From: an uncultured Chitinophagales bacterium
Lineage (GTDB): Bacteria > Bacteroidota > Ignavibacteria > UBA10030 > UBA6906
Direction of reading: 5' to 3'
Length of the DNA stretch: 64,000 nt
NCBI GenBank assembly: GCA_964444145.1
Contig: CAYUFU010000005.1
Location: 1,667 to 65,666 of the forward strand
The notes under the pieces are model-generated. The model ran no database searches and was not told the origin of the DNA. It saw only the letters and a list, made by a program, of their open reading frames with translations. Below, one piece after another: positions 34,066 through 42,176 of this stretch (its first letter is position 1; every line of letters begins with the position of its first letter). Position numbers and translations under genes: made by a program.

Positions 34066-35196
34066 ATGAAGCAACTGATTCTCGTGTGTCTGTTGACCCT
34101 CACGGCTTGCGCTCTCGGGCTCTGGGGCTGCGACGTGCTTCCATCCACGTCGCAATTCGTGCCGGCGAATATGGAACTATGGGTCGCCGACCAGGGCTTG
34201 AACAAGATTCATGTGCTTGACTTGACTACGCTGCAGCAGAAACTCGAAATCACGATACCAGCGCCTGCAAGCAAGCCGCACATGGTTGTGTTCAGCGCGG
34301 ATTTCCGATTCGCGTACGTCGCATGCATCGGCGGGTCAGGGTACACGCTCGCGATCCGCGCCAGTGATTATTCCATCGTGGCAACGCTTGCGACAGGAGC
34401 GAGCACACACGCTGCGATTCCCAACTGGCACGGGAGACAAGTATGGGTGGCCGTCATCGGCGAGAGAAAGTTAAAGGAAATCGTTGTGGACCCGGACGCG
34501 CAAACATTCACCCTCGGCAGAACGTTGGACCTCACGCAAGCACCTTTGAACAACACGACCGAATTCCCGGACAACGCGCCTATCTGCCATATGTTCACCT
34601 ATGACACCCGCGCGGCATACGTCACGCTGCGTGGCGGCGGCTTGGCTGTCGTTGATGCAACGACGATGCAAGTTGTGAGGTCATATCCCGTTTCGCAAAT
34701 TGCACGGGCCGGCTGCGGCTTAGTGAATGGACCTCCCGGGAGCAACATCATGTTTGCCAACTCCGGCACGCTTACGAGCGGCAACTTCTACATGTTCGAA
34801 AGCCAAAACCACTCGCTCATGAATACGATGGGCACCGGCGCGGACGGCTTGGATGCGCACGGCGTGGCAGTGACGCCGGATGGGCGGCAGCTTTGGATGG
34901 TGAACCGTTTGAGTGACAACGTAAAGGTCTTCGACCTTCAACGTGGCAGCTTTGTCGAGACGATTGCCAACGTCGGCGACGCGCCGGACTTAATGGTGTT
35001 TTCTCCTGAAGGAGGCCGCGCATTTATCACGCTGCGTGGACCGAACCCTGCAACGGGCACGCACGATATTCGCGGCACAACGCCCGGAGTCGCAGTCATA
35101 GACGTGGCAACTCGTCGGCAGAGCACCATCATCCCGCTTGGGGCAGCGAATCCCTTGAGCGATCCACACGGCATTGCGCTACGACCGCTTCAGTGA
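34066..35196 (+). CDS. YVTN-type beta-propeller lipoprotein
   Basis: ATG 34066 is preceded by AAGGAGG. Lipobox-like MKQLILVCLLTLTACALGLWGC. Repeated beta-propeller blades (AYVTLRGGGLAVVD, DGRQLWMVNRLSDNVKVFD). Confidence 0.75.
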   Translation: MKQLILVCLLTLTACALGLWGCDVLPSTSQFVPANMELWVADQGLNKIHVLDLTTLQQKLEITIPAPASKPHMVVFSADFRFAYVACIGGSGYTLAIRASDYSIVATLATGASTHAAIPNWHGRQVWVAVIGERKLKEIVVDPDAQTFTLGRTLDLTQAPLNNTTEFPDNAPICHMFTYDTRAAYVTLRGGGLAVVDATTMQVVRSYPVSQIARAGCGLVNGPPGSNIMFANSGTLTSGNFYMFESQNHSLMNTMGTGADGLDAHGVAVTPDGRQLWMVNRLSDNVKVFDLQRGSFVETIANVGDAPDLMVFSPEGGRAFITLRGPNPATGTHDIRGTTPGVAVIDVATRRQSTIIPLGAANPLSDPHGIALRPLQ

Positions 35197-35225
35197 GTCA
35201 TCAGTCTATTCGACGTTAGCGCTCA

Positions 35226-35283
35226 GCGCTGCGGCAGTCACACTCGTACGATAATGGTTTCTGTCGCAGCGCCTTTGTATCTT
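35226..35283 (+). terminator. Possible terminator hairpin
   Basis: GCGCTGCGGCAG...CTGTCGCAGCGC (12-bp stem with 1 G-U pair and a 23-nt loop) followed by CTTTGTATCTT. Confidence 0.4.
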
Positions 35284-35437
35284 AAGCCCCACGATGCAAG
35301 CTCCACTATTCACGTTCCAATATCCAAGTGATGTCTTTTAGAAAAGAAGCCCTTTGCAATGCGGAGATTCGTACCGTTTTGAACTTGAGCCTTAGAGTTT
35401 CATTGGTACGTTGAACTTGGGCTTTGGAGTCTAATCC

Positions 35438-37093
35438 ATGAACTTCGGTTTCATCATAGATAATCGCAAGTGCATCGGCTGTCATGCCTGTACTGTCGCG
35501 TGTAAAGCGGAGCACGACGTCCCCATCGGCGTTAACCGCACGTGGGTGAAGTACCTTGAGAAGGGAGAATTCCCGAACACGCGGCGACTCTTCTCGGTGA
35601 TGCGATGCAATCACTGCGCCGACGCGCCCTGCGTTACGATTTGTCCCGTTACTGCGCTCTTTACGCGCAACGATGGCATCGTTGACTTCGACAATCGCCG
35701 CTGCATCGGCTGCAAAGCCTGCATGCAAGCCTGTCCGTACGATGCACTATATATTGACCCCGAAACGGAAACCGCCGCCAAATGTAACTACTGCGCGCAT
35801 CGCATAGATATTGGGCTTGAACCTGCGTGCGTGAATGTTTGTCCCGAACACGCCATCATCTCCGGCGACCTCGACGACCCGCTGTCCGAGATTGCGCACC
35901 TTGCCGCACGAGAGCAAACAAGCGCGCGCAAAGTGGAAAAGGGAACTCATCCCAAACTGTTCTACATCGAAGGCGATAGAGCGTCGCTCACGCCACTGGC
36001 TGCGGAGCAATCACACGCGTACATGTGGAGTTCACAGGCGACGGGCGTCGGGCACTTTGCCCATTTTGCCGAAGCGCGTATCAGGCAATCGGACCCGACG
36101 AGAATGAAACAAGAGTTGATGGGAAGAACGGGCGATGGGGAGAACGGGCGATGGGGCGATGAAAGAGTTTTGATTCCGACGAGCGGAGACCAACAGAAGG
36201 CGGAACAAAAAGCGCAGGCCGTGGTGCGCGAACAAGCGCGCCGCGTGTACGACGCGCCGAACAAAGGCGCCGTCTGGGGATGGGAGGTTTCCACATACGT
36301 GTGGACGAAGGCGATCGCTTGCGGCGCGTTTCTCGTTCCGTTCCTCGCTGCGCTGTCGGGAGTCGTCGTCCCGGAATCAACGCAATGGTTCGGCTCGACG
36401 CTCGCGCTTTTCTTCCTGCTATTGACGGGTGTGTTCCTTGTGAAAGATTTGGACCAGCCCAAGCGTTTCGCGTACGTGCTGCTGCGACCGCAATGGGGTT
36501 CGTGGCTTGTACGCGGCGGCTACATCATTGCAGCGTACGGAACGTTACTGTCGTTGTGGAGTGCGGCGAAATTTTTCGGATGGTTTGACCTCATATCGCT
36601 GGCGACGTGGAGCGGCGCGGTGTTCGCCATCCTCACTGCGGTGTACACCGCGTTTCTGTTCGCGCAGGCAAAAGGGCGCGACTTCTGGCAAAGCCCGGCG
36701 CTCTCGCTGCACATGCTCGTGCACGCGTTGATGGCAGGCGGTGCACTCTTCGCTCTGCTCGCGCCGTTCATGAGCGAAACGGGGGAATGGTCTCAATACC
36801 TTCGACTTGTATTGATTGGCAGTATTGCATTCAATCTTATAGTCATCGCACTAGAGCTGATTACGCCGCATCCAACGGAGGACGCCCGAGCAACCGTGAA
36901 GATGATTGTGGCGGGGCGCTTTCGCAATCACTTGTGGCTCGGCGTGCTGCTTGCCGGCAACGTTTTGCCATTAGTCATGCTGTGGTTGGGCGGTTGGTCT
37001 CTACTGCCCATCGCAGGGTTGCTGGTGCTCGCGGGCATCTACGTCACCGAGCACGTCTGGGTGCGGGCGCCGCAGTTGATTCCGTTGAGCTGA
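35438..37093 (+). CDS. Fused 4x[Fe-S] ferredoxin subunit + NrfD/PsrC-like membrane quinone-binding subunit
   Basis: 551-aa ORF. The N-terminal ~190 aa carry CIGCHACTVACK, CNHCADAPCVTICP, CIGCKACMQACP and CNYCAHR...CVNVCP. A ~95-aa linker follows, then ~8 hydrophobic helices starting AVWGWEVSTYVWTKAIACGAF. Confidence 0.85.
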   Translation: MNFGFIIDNRKCIGCHACTVACKAEHDVPIGVNRTWVKYLEKGEFPNTRRLFSVMRCNHCADAPCVTICPVTALFTRNDGIVDFDNRRCIGCKACMQACPYDALYIDPETETAAKCNYCAHRIDIGLEPACVNVCPEHAIISGDLDDPLSEIAHLAAREQTSARKVEKGTHPKLFYIEGDRASLTPLAAEQSHAYMWSSQATGVGHFAHFAEARIRQSDPTRMKQELMGRTGDGENGRWGDERVLIPTSGDQQKAEQKAQAVVREQARRVYDAPNKGAVWGWEVSTYVWTKAIACGAFLVPFLAALSGVVVPESTQWFGSTLALFFLLLTGVFLVKDLDQPKRFAYVLLRPQWGSWLVRGGYIIAAYGTLLSLWSAAKFFGWFDLISLATWSGAVFAILTAVYTAFLFAQAKGRDFWQSPALSLHMLVHALMAGGALFALLAPFMSETGEWSQYLRLVLIGSIAFNLIVIALELITPHPTEDARATVKMIVAGRFRNHLWLGVLLAGNVLPLVMLWLGGWSLLPIAGLLVLAGIYVTEHVWVRAPQLIPLS

Positions 37094-37200
37094 CACCAAA
37101 CCCTGATGCCCGCAAAGCGGGACGAAGGGTATGGAAATGGATAATTGGTTTGATGGATGATCGGAATTCAGGAATCCAACAATCCAATAATCCATTTATC
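37094..37200 (+). repeat. Intercistronic two-hairpin repeat, copy B
   Basis: AACCCTGatgCCCGCAAAGCGGGACGAA...GAATCCAaCAATCCAATAATCCAT. GC hairpin at 37109..37121. AT-rich arms at 37137..37156 and 37176..37195 (20 nt, 3 mismatches). Confidence 0.7.
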
Positions 37201-37232
37201 CATTTCACGTACGTTTTGTTCTGGGAAGGTCT

Positions 37233-40127
37233 ATGTCAACAATTCACACACCAGGTTTTATCGAAAAGATTGCGGAAACACTCCGCCTCATTCCAAATCT
37301 CCACGACGACCTCGGCGAACAGCTACCTCGTTTGACGGCGCCTTCCGTTCTCTCGAACTACCCGCCACCCGAGCAGTGGGACGATTGGGTGGAGTATGAG
37401 GCGAAGCGCTGGCCACGGCGCGTGGCGAAACACTACATGATCGTTCCGACTACCTGCTTCAATTGCGAGGCAGGCTGCGGTCTGTTGAGTTACATTGACA
37501 AAGAAACACTCCGGGTTCGTAAGTTCGAAGGAAACCCTTATCACCCCGGCAGCCGTGGACGCAACTGCGCGAAAGGTCCCGCCACGATAAATCAAATCAA
37601 CGACCCCGACCGCATTCTGTATCCGATGAAACGCAAAGGCAAACGCGGCGACGGCGAGTGGCAGCGCGTTTCTTGGGACGAGGTGTTGGGTGATATCGCC
37701 GACCGAATTCGCGCTGCGCTCCAGGAGAAGCGAAACAACGAAGTCGTCTATCATGTCGGGCGACCGGGCCATGAAGGTTACATGGATCGGATTCTGCAAT
37801 CATGGGGCGTGGACGGGCACAACAGTCACACGAACATCTGCTCGTCGGGAGCGCGCTTTGGCTACGCACTCTGGCAATTGTACGACCGACCTTCGCCGGA
37901 CCACGCCAAAGCGCATTTCATCTTGCTGATCAGTGCGCATCTTGAATCGGGACATTACTTCAACCCGCACGCGCAACGTATCATCGAGGGGATGATGAAT
38001 GGCGCGAAGCTTGCAGTGATGGACCCGCGGCTCTCCAACACTGCAAGCATGGCGGACTATTGGATGCCGACCTACCCGGGCAGCGAAGCTGCCGTCCTGC
38101 TTGCAATGGCAAAGGTTCTTCTTGACGAAGAATTGTACAATGAACCATACCTTCGCGACTGGGTGAACTGGCAGCAATTTCTCGAAAAAGATTTTCCCAC
38201 CGTTGCCATCACGTTCGAGAATTTTATCGCCGCGCTGAAGGAGGTGTATAAGGAATACACGCCGGAGTTTGCCGAAAAAGAGAGCGGAGTGAGTGCGAAC
38301 ATGATCGTCGAAGTAGCGCGGCAGATCGGCAAGGCGGGCACGCGTTTCTCCTCGCACAACTGGCGCTCGGCTGGTAGCGGCAACTTGGGCGGCTGGGCGG
38401 TTGCGCGCTGTCTGCATTTCCTCAACGTGCTCACAGGCAGTGTCGGAACCGTCGGCGGTACGTCGCCGAGTGCATGGAATAAATTCAAGCCCACCTTCTT
38501 CGACAAGCCGCCTGCTCAACAATTCTGGAACGAGCTGCATTTCCCCAACGAGTATCCCCTCGCGCATTACGAGATGAGTTTTCTGCTTCCGCATTTTTTG
38601 AAAGAGAATCGCGGCAAGCTTGCCGTCTATTTCACGCGCGTCTTCAATCCCGTCTGGACCTATCCGGATGGTTTCTCATGGATCGAAGCGCTCTCGGATG
38701 AAAACAAAATCGAATTGCACGCCGCGCTGACGCCGACATGGAACGAGACCGCATATTTTGCCGACTACGTGTTGCCGATGGGTCATGCCGGCGAGCGGCA
38801 CGACATCATCAGCTACGAGACGCATTCAGGCATGTGGATCGCGTTTCGGCAGCCTGTGCTGCGCGAAGCGAGACGCAAATTAGGGAAGCCCGTGCGGTTT
38901 ACCTACGAAGCGAATCCGGGCGAAGTGTGGGAGGAAGACGAATTCTGGATCGAGCTATCGTGGCACATTGACCCGGACGGCGCACTCGGCATCAAGCAGC
39001 ATTTCATTTCACCATACCGTCCCGGCGAAAAAATCACTATTGATGAATACTATCAATACATCTTCGAGCACACGCCGGGGTTGCCGGCGAAAGCTGCCGA
39101 GCACGGTTTGGCGCCGCTCGAATATATGCGGAAGTTTGGCGCGTTCGAAGTGGAATCCACTTCATACAACAAGCATCGCCGCTTGCTGTCTGCGTCGGAA
39201 CTTCAAGACTCACAGACCGATGCAAAGACCGGCGTCATCATCAGAAGCGGCAAGCGTATCGGTGTGATGGTGAATGGCGCGGCGTATGAAGGATTTCCCA
39301 CACCTTCGCGCAAGCAGGAATTCTATTCGCAGACGATGGTAGATTGGGGATGGAGCGAGTATCGGATTCCCGTGTACATCAAGAGCCATTTGCATCCTGA
39401 AAAAATGGATCGAAGCAAAGGAGAGTTTCCGCTTGTCCCAACGTTTCGGTTGCCGACATTGATTCACTCGCGTTCGGGTAACGCAAAATGGTTGTATGAA
39501 ATCTCCAATCGCAACCCCGTGTGGATGCACACCTCCGATGCCCAGCGGTTAGGACTGAAGACCGGCGATTTGATTCGCGTAACGACCGACATTGGCTACT
39601 TCGTCGATCGCGTCTGGGTGACGGAGGGAATGAAACCCGGCGTTGTCGCGTGCTCGCATCATCTCGGGCGCTGGCGCCGATCAAATGACGCGCCGGGAAA
39701 TCGCTGGGCAACAAGTTTGGTCTCGATCTCCGAAGAGGCGAAAGGGCAATGGCGCATGCGGCGCATTGATTCCATTCGCCCGTTCATGAGTGCTGATCCC
39801 GATACGGCGCGCATCTTTTGGAGCGACGGCGGCGTGCATCAGAACATTACCTTTCCTGTCCACCCCGATCCTGTAAGCGGTATGCACTGCTGGCATCAGA
39901 AGGTGCGCATTACCAAAGCCCTGCCCGACGACCGCTACGGAGACGTCTTCGCAGATACCGAGAAATCGTTTGCAATCTACAAGGAGTGGTTGCGTATGAC
40001 GAAGCCTGCGCCGGGACCCGGTGGGTTACGGAGACCGCTGTGGTTCAATCGGCCGCTGCGACCTGCCGACGAAGTGTTCTTGATACGCCCATCGGCAAAT
40101 GCTCCGGCTGACTCGCCTCGCCACTGA
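37233..40127 (+). CDS. Molybdopterin (bis-MGD) oxidoreductase catalytic subunit without Tat signal, Psr/Phs/Soe-family (SoeA-like candidate)
   Basis: 964-aa ORF with FS0 motif CFNCEAGCGLL...C and a candidate Mo-ligand Cys in HTNICSSGARFGY. The first 60 aa contain no RRxFLK twin-arginine motif. Confidence 0.85.
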   Translation: MSTIHTPGFIEKIAETLRLIPNLHDDLGEQLPRLTAPSVLSNYPPPEQWDDWVEYEAKRWPRRVAKHYMIVPTTCFNCEAGCGLLSYIDKETLRVRKFEGNPYHPGSRGRNCAKGPATINQINDPDRILYPMKRKGKRGDGEWQRVSWDEVLGDIADRIRAALQEKRNNEVVYHVGRPGHEGYMDRILQSWGVDGHNSHTNICSSGARFGYALWQLYDRPSPDHAKAHFILLISAHLESGHYFNPHAQRIIEGMMNGAKLAVMDPRLSNTASMADYWMPTYPGSEAAVLLAMAKVLLDEELYNEPYLRDWVNWQQFLEKDFPTVAITFENFIAALKEVYKEYTPEFAEKESGVSANMIVEVARQIGKAGTRFSSHNWRSAGSGNLGGWAVARCLHFLNVLTGSVGTVGGTSPSAWNKFKPTFFDKPPAQQFWNELHFPNEYPLAHYEMSFLLPHFLKENRGKLAVYFTRVFNPVWTYPDGFSWIEALSDENKIELHAALTPTWNETAYFADYVLPMGHAGERHDIISYETHSGMWIAFRQPVLREARRKLGKPVRFTYEANPGEVWEEDEFWIELSWHIDPDGALGIKQHFISPYRPGEKITIDEYYQYIFEHTPGLPAKAAEHGLAPLEYMRKFGAFEVESTSYNKHRRLLSASELQDSQTDAKTGVIIRSGKRIGVMVNGAAYEGFPTPSRKQEFYSQTMVDWGWSEYRIPVYIKSHLHPEKMDRSKGEFPLVPTFRLPTLIHSRSGNAKWLYEISNRNPVWMHTSDAQRLGLKTGDLIRVTTDIGYFVDRVWVTEGMKPGVVACSHHLGRWRRSNDAPGNRWATSLVSISEEAKGQWRMRRIDSIRPFMSADPDTARIFWSDGGVHQNITFPVHPDPVSGMHCWHQKVRITKALPDDRYGDVFADTEKSFAIYKEWLRMTKPAPGPGGLRRPLWFNRPLRPADEVFLIRPSANAPADSPRH

Positions 40128-40206
40128 CCGCTCAAAAAAATAAATCTTAATCCGCAGCTTCTTGCAACTCAGATAGAAGTTCGTTAGCTTCCATTGCCTT
40201 CAGAAG

Positions 40207-40230
40207 TAGCCCGTAACGGGCTATTTTTGT
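40207..40230 (+). terminator. Rho-independent terminator
   Basis: TAGCCCG-TAA-CGGGCTA followed by TTTTTGTTT. Confidence 0.75.
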
Positions 40231-40273
40231 TTGCGTGATCGCAGCGTATCTCAAACCTTCTGCTCGATTGGGA

Positions 40274-40714
40274 ATGATTAGCAAGGATTTGTATCCGGTG
40301 GTCGAGCCGTGCTGTGAAACGCACGGTGCTCATCTGATAGGCATCGTGCTGAGAGGGAAGCAAGCGAAGCCCATCGTGGAAGTTTTTGTTGATGCGGAAG
40401 CTGGAGTTACAAGCGACTTGTGTAGTGCGATTAGTCGCGACGTTGCAAAGCAGTTGGATGTGCGAGATTCGTTTCCACAGTCCTACACTCTCATAGTCTC
40501 CTCCCCGGGCATTGAGAGGCCGCTCACGTACGCGTGGCAGTATCGAAAGCACGTTGGACGCACACTCGTGGTAAAGACGAGAACGGATGAGGGAGAGATG
40601 ACGGGAAAGCTGCTGGATGCTCTTGATGATGCCATCATTCTGGAGGTGGATGCCGTTGCGAGAACTCTTCGCCTGGAAGTGATTGAGGAAGCGATAGTGA
40701 AGCCGCCGTGGTGA
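40274..40714 (+). CDS. rimP: Ribosome maturation factor RimP
   Basis: SSPGIERPL motif. The track start GTG 40235 abuts the terminator, so I prefer ATG 40274 (MISKDLYPVVE). Confidence 0.8.
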   Translation: MISKDLYPVVEPCCETHGAHLIGIVLRGKQAKPIVEVFVDAEAGVTSDLCSAISRDVAKQLDVRDSFPQSYTLIVSSPGIERPLTYAWQYRKHVGRTLVVKTRTDEGEMTGKLLDALDDAIILEVDAVARTLRLEVIEEAIVKPPW

Positions 40715-40750
40715 GCGGTCAAAGTTTAGAAATTATTCGGAGATTAAGAC

Positions 40751-42139
40751 ATGAACGCAGAGATTGTTGATTCCTTCGGCTCGATGGTGCGGGAGAAGGG
40801 GATTGATAAGGACACGCTCGCGTCGATAGTTGAGGAAGTGTTCGCGATGATGGTCCGCAAAAAATACGGACAAGAGGCGAAGTTCGATATCGTCGTGAAC
40901 ATGGAAAAGGGCGAGATCGAAATCATGCTCAAGCGAGAAGTGGTCGAGGCGGTCGTAAACCCTGAGACCGACATCAGCGTGCAAGAAGCGCGCGAACTAT
41001 CGGGTGAATCGCTCGATGTCGGGGAAGAGTATGTGGAGATTGTGCCGTTAGAATCTTTCGGCCGCAGACTCGTCATTAGCGCGAAGCAGAACCTGAATCA
41101 GCGCATCAAGGAAATTGAACGCGAAAATATGTTTGCGGAATACAGTCAATCCATCGGCGAGATCGTCGTCGGCGAGATTTATCAGTTGCGGCGAAACGAG
41201 ATTCTTATCAATCATAACCGCAACGAATTGATCATGCCGAAGAGCGAGCAGATTCTCAAAGAGCGTTACAAGAAGGGGGAGAGCATCCGTGCTCTTGTCA
41301 AATCGGTAGAAAAGAAAAATGGTACTCCGCAGGTGATCGTGTCGCGCTCCGACCCGAAGTTTTTGGAAAAGTTGTTTGAAATGGAAATTCCCGAAATCTA
41401 CGACGGCATTATCGAGATCAAGCGCATTGCGCGTGAGCCGGGTGAGCGCGCGAAAGTTGCCGTCGAATCGCACGATGACCGCATAGATGCCGTCGGCGCG
41501 TGTGTCGGCATGAAGGGCGTTCGTATTCACACCATCGTTCGGGAATTGAACAACGAGAACATTGACGTCATCAATTACAGCGATGAACCAATCGTCTTCA
41601 TCCAACGCTCCCTTGCGCCTGCGAAACTCAAGAGCATCGAGTTGGATAACGAGCACAAGACTGCTAACATCCTTGTCGCTGAGGACCAGGTTTCGCTCGC
41701 CATTGGGCGTAACGGTCAGAATATTCGTCTCGCGTCGAAGCTTACCGGTTACGAACTGAACCTCATCAAGGAAGGCGGCGATGATGAATACGATATTGAG
41801 CTGGTGGAGTTCAAGCCGGAACTTGGGGAAGAATTGTATCTGAAGCTTATTGACAAGGGGCTTGAGACAGCGAAGGATGTCCTCAAAGCGAAGCTCGATA
41901 CGTTGCTTGAGATCGAAGGTTTGACCGAAGAAAAGATTCGCGAGATGCGTGAGAAAATGCAGCGTGATCTCGATGAGGCAGAAGTCGAAGAGGAGGAGGT
42001 AGAAGAAGAAGCGGGAGAAACGGATGGGATCGAAGAAGAAGCGACAGGTGAGAAGGCTGAGGCAGCGATAAGCGATGGAAATGTTGCAGCGCAGGATGAG
42101 AAGTCCACACGAGAGGAGCTGCCGGCAGAGAAACAGTAG
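40751..42139 (+). CDS. nusA: Transcription termination/antitermination factor NusA
   Basis: 462-aa ORF with S1 and KH domains (GERAKVAV, ACVGMKGVRI, AIGRNGQNIRLA) and an acidic tail. Confidence 0.95.
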   Translation: MNAEIVDSFGSMVREKGIDKDTLASIVEEVFAMMVRKKYGQEAKFDIVVNMEKGEIEIMLKREVVEAVVNPETDISVQEARELSGESLDVGEEYVEIVPLESFGRRLVISAKQNLNQRIKEIERENMFAEYSQSIGEIVVGEIYQLRRNEILINHNRNELIMPKSEQILKERYKKGESIRALVKSVEKKNGTPQVIVSRSDPKFLEKLFEMEIPEIYDGIIEIKRIAREPGERAKVAVESHDDRIDAVGACVGMKGVRIHTIVRELNNENIDVINYSDEPIVFIQRSLAPAKLKSIELDNEHKTANILVAEDQVSLAIGRNGQNIRLASKLTGYELNLIKEGGDDEYDIELVEFKPELGEELYLKLIDKGLETAKDVLKAKLDTLLEIEGLTEEKIREMREKMQRDLDEAEVEEEEVEEEAGETDGIEEEATGEKAEAAISDGNVAAQDEKSTREELPAEKQ

Positions 42140-42176
42140 TTGTTGTGCACGGTGACTTTCTCAACGAAGGTATGGA

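Noticed and set aside
35197-35437. Possible Moco riboswitch upstream of the molybdoenzyme operon
   Set aside because: I could not find the conserved Moco-motif core by eye. The region is explained by a terminator-like hairpin plus dispersed short repeats. A covariance-model scan (Rfam RF01055) would settle this.
36607-37335. 242-aa plus-strand ORF bridging the FeS-NrfD gene and the Mo-subunit gene in another frame
   Set aside because: It overlaps the hydrophobic NrfD-like coding frame, is Arg/Ala-rich, and runs through the intercistronic repeat. This is a shadow ORF.
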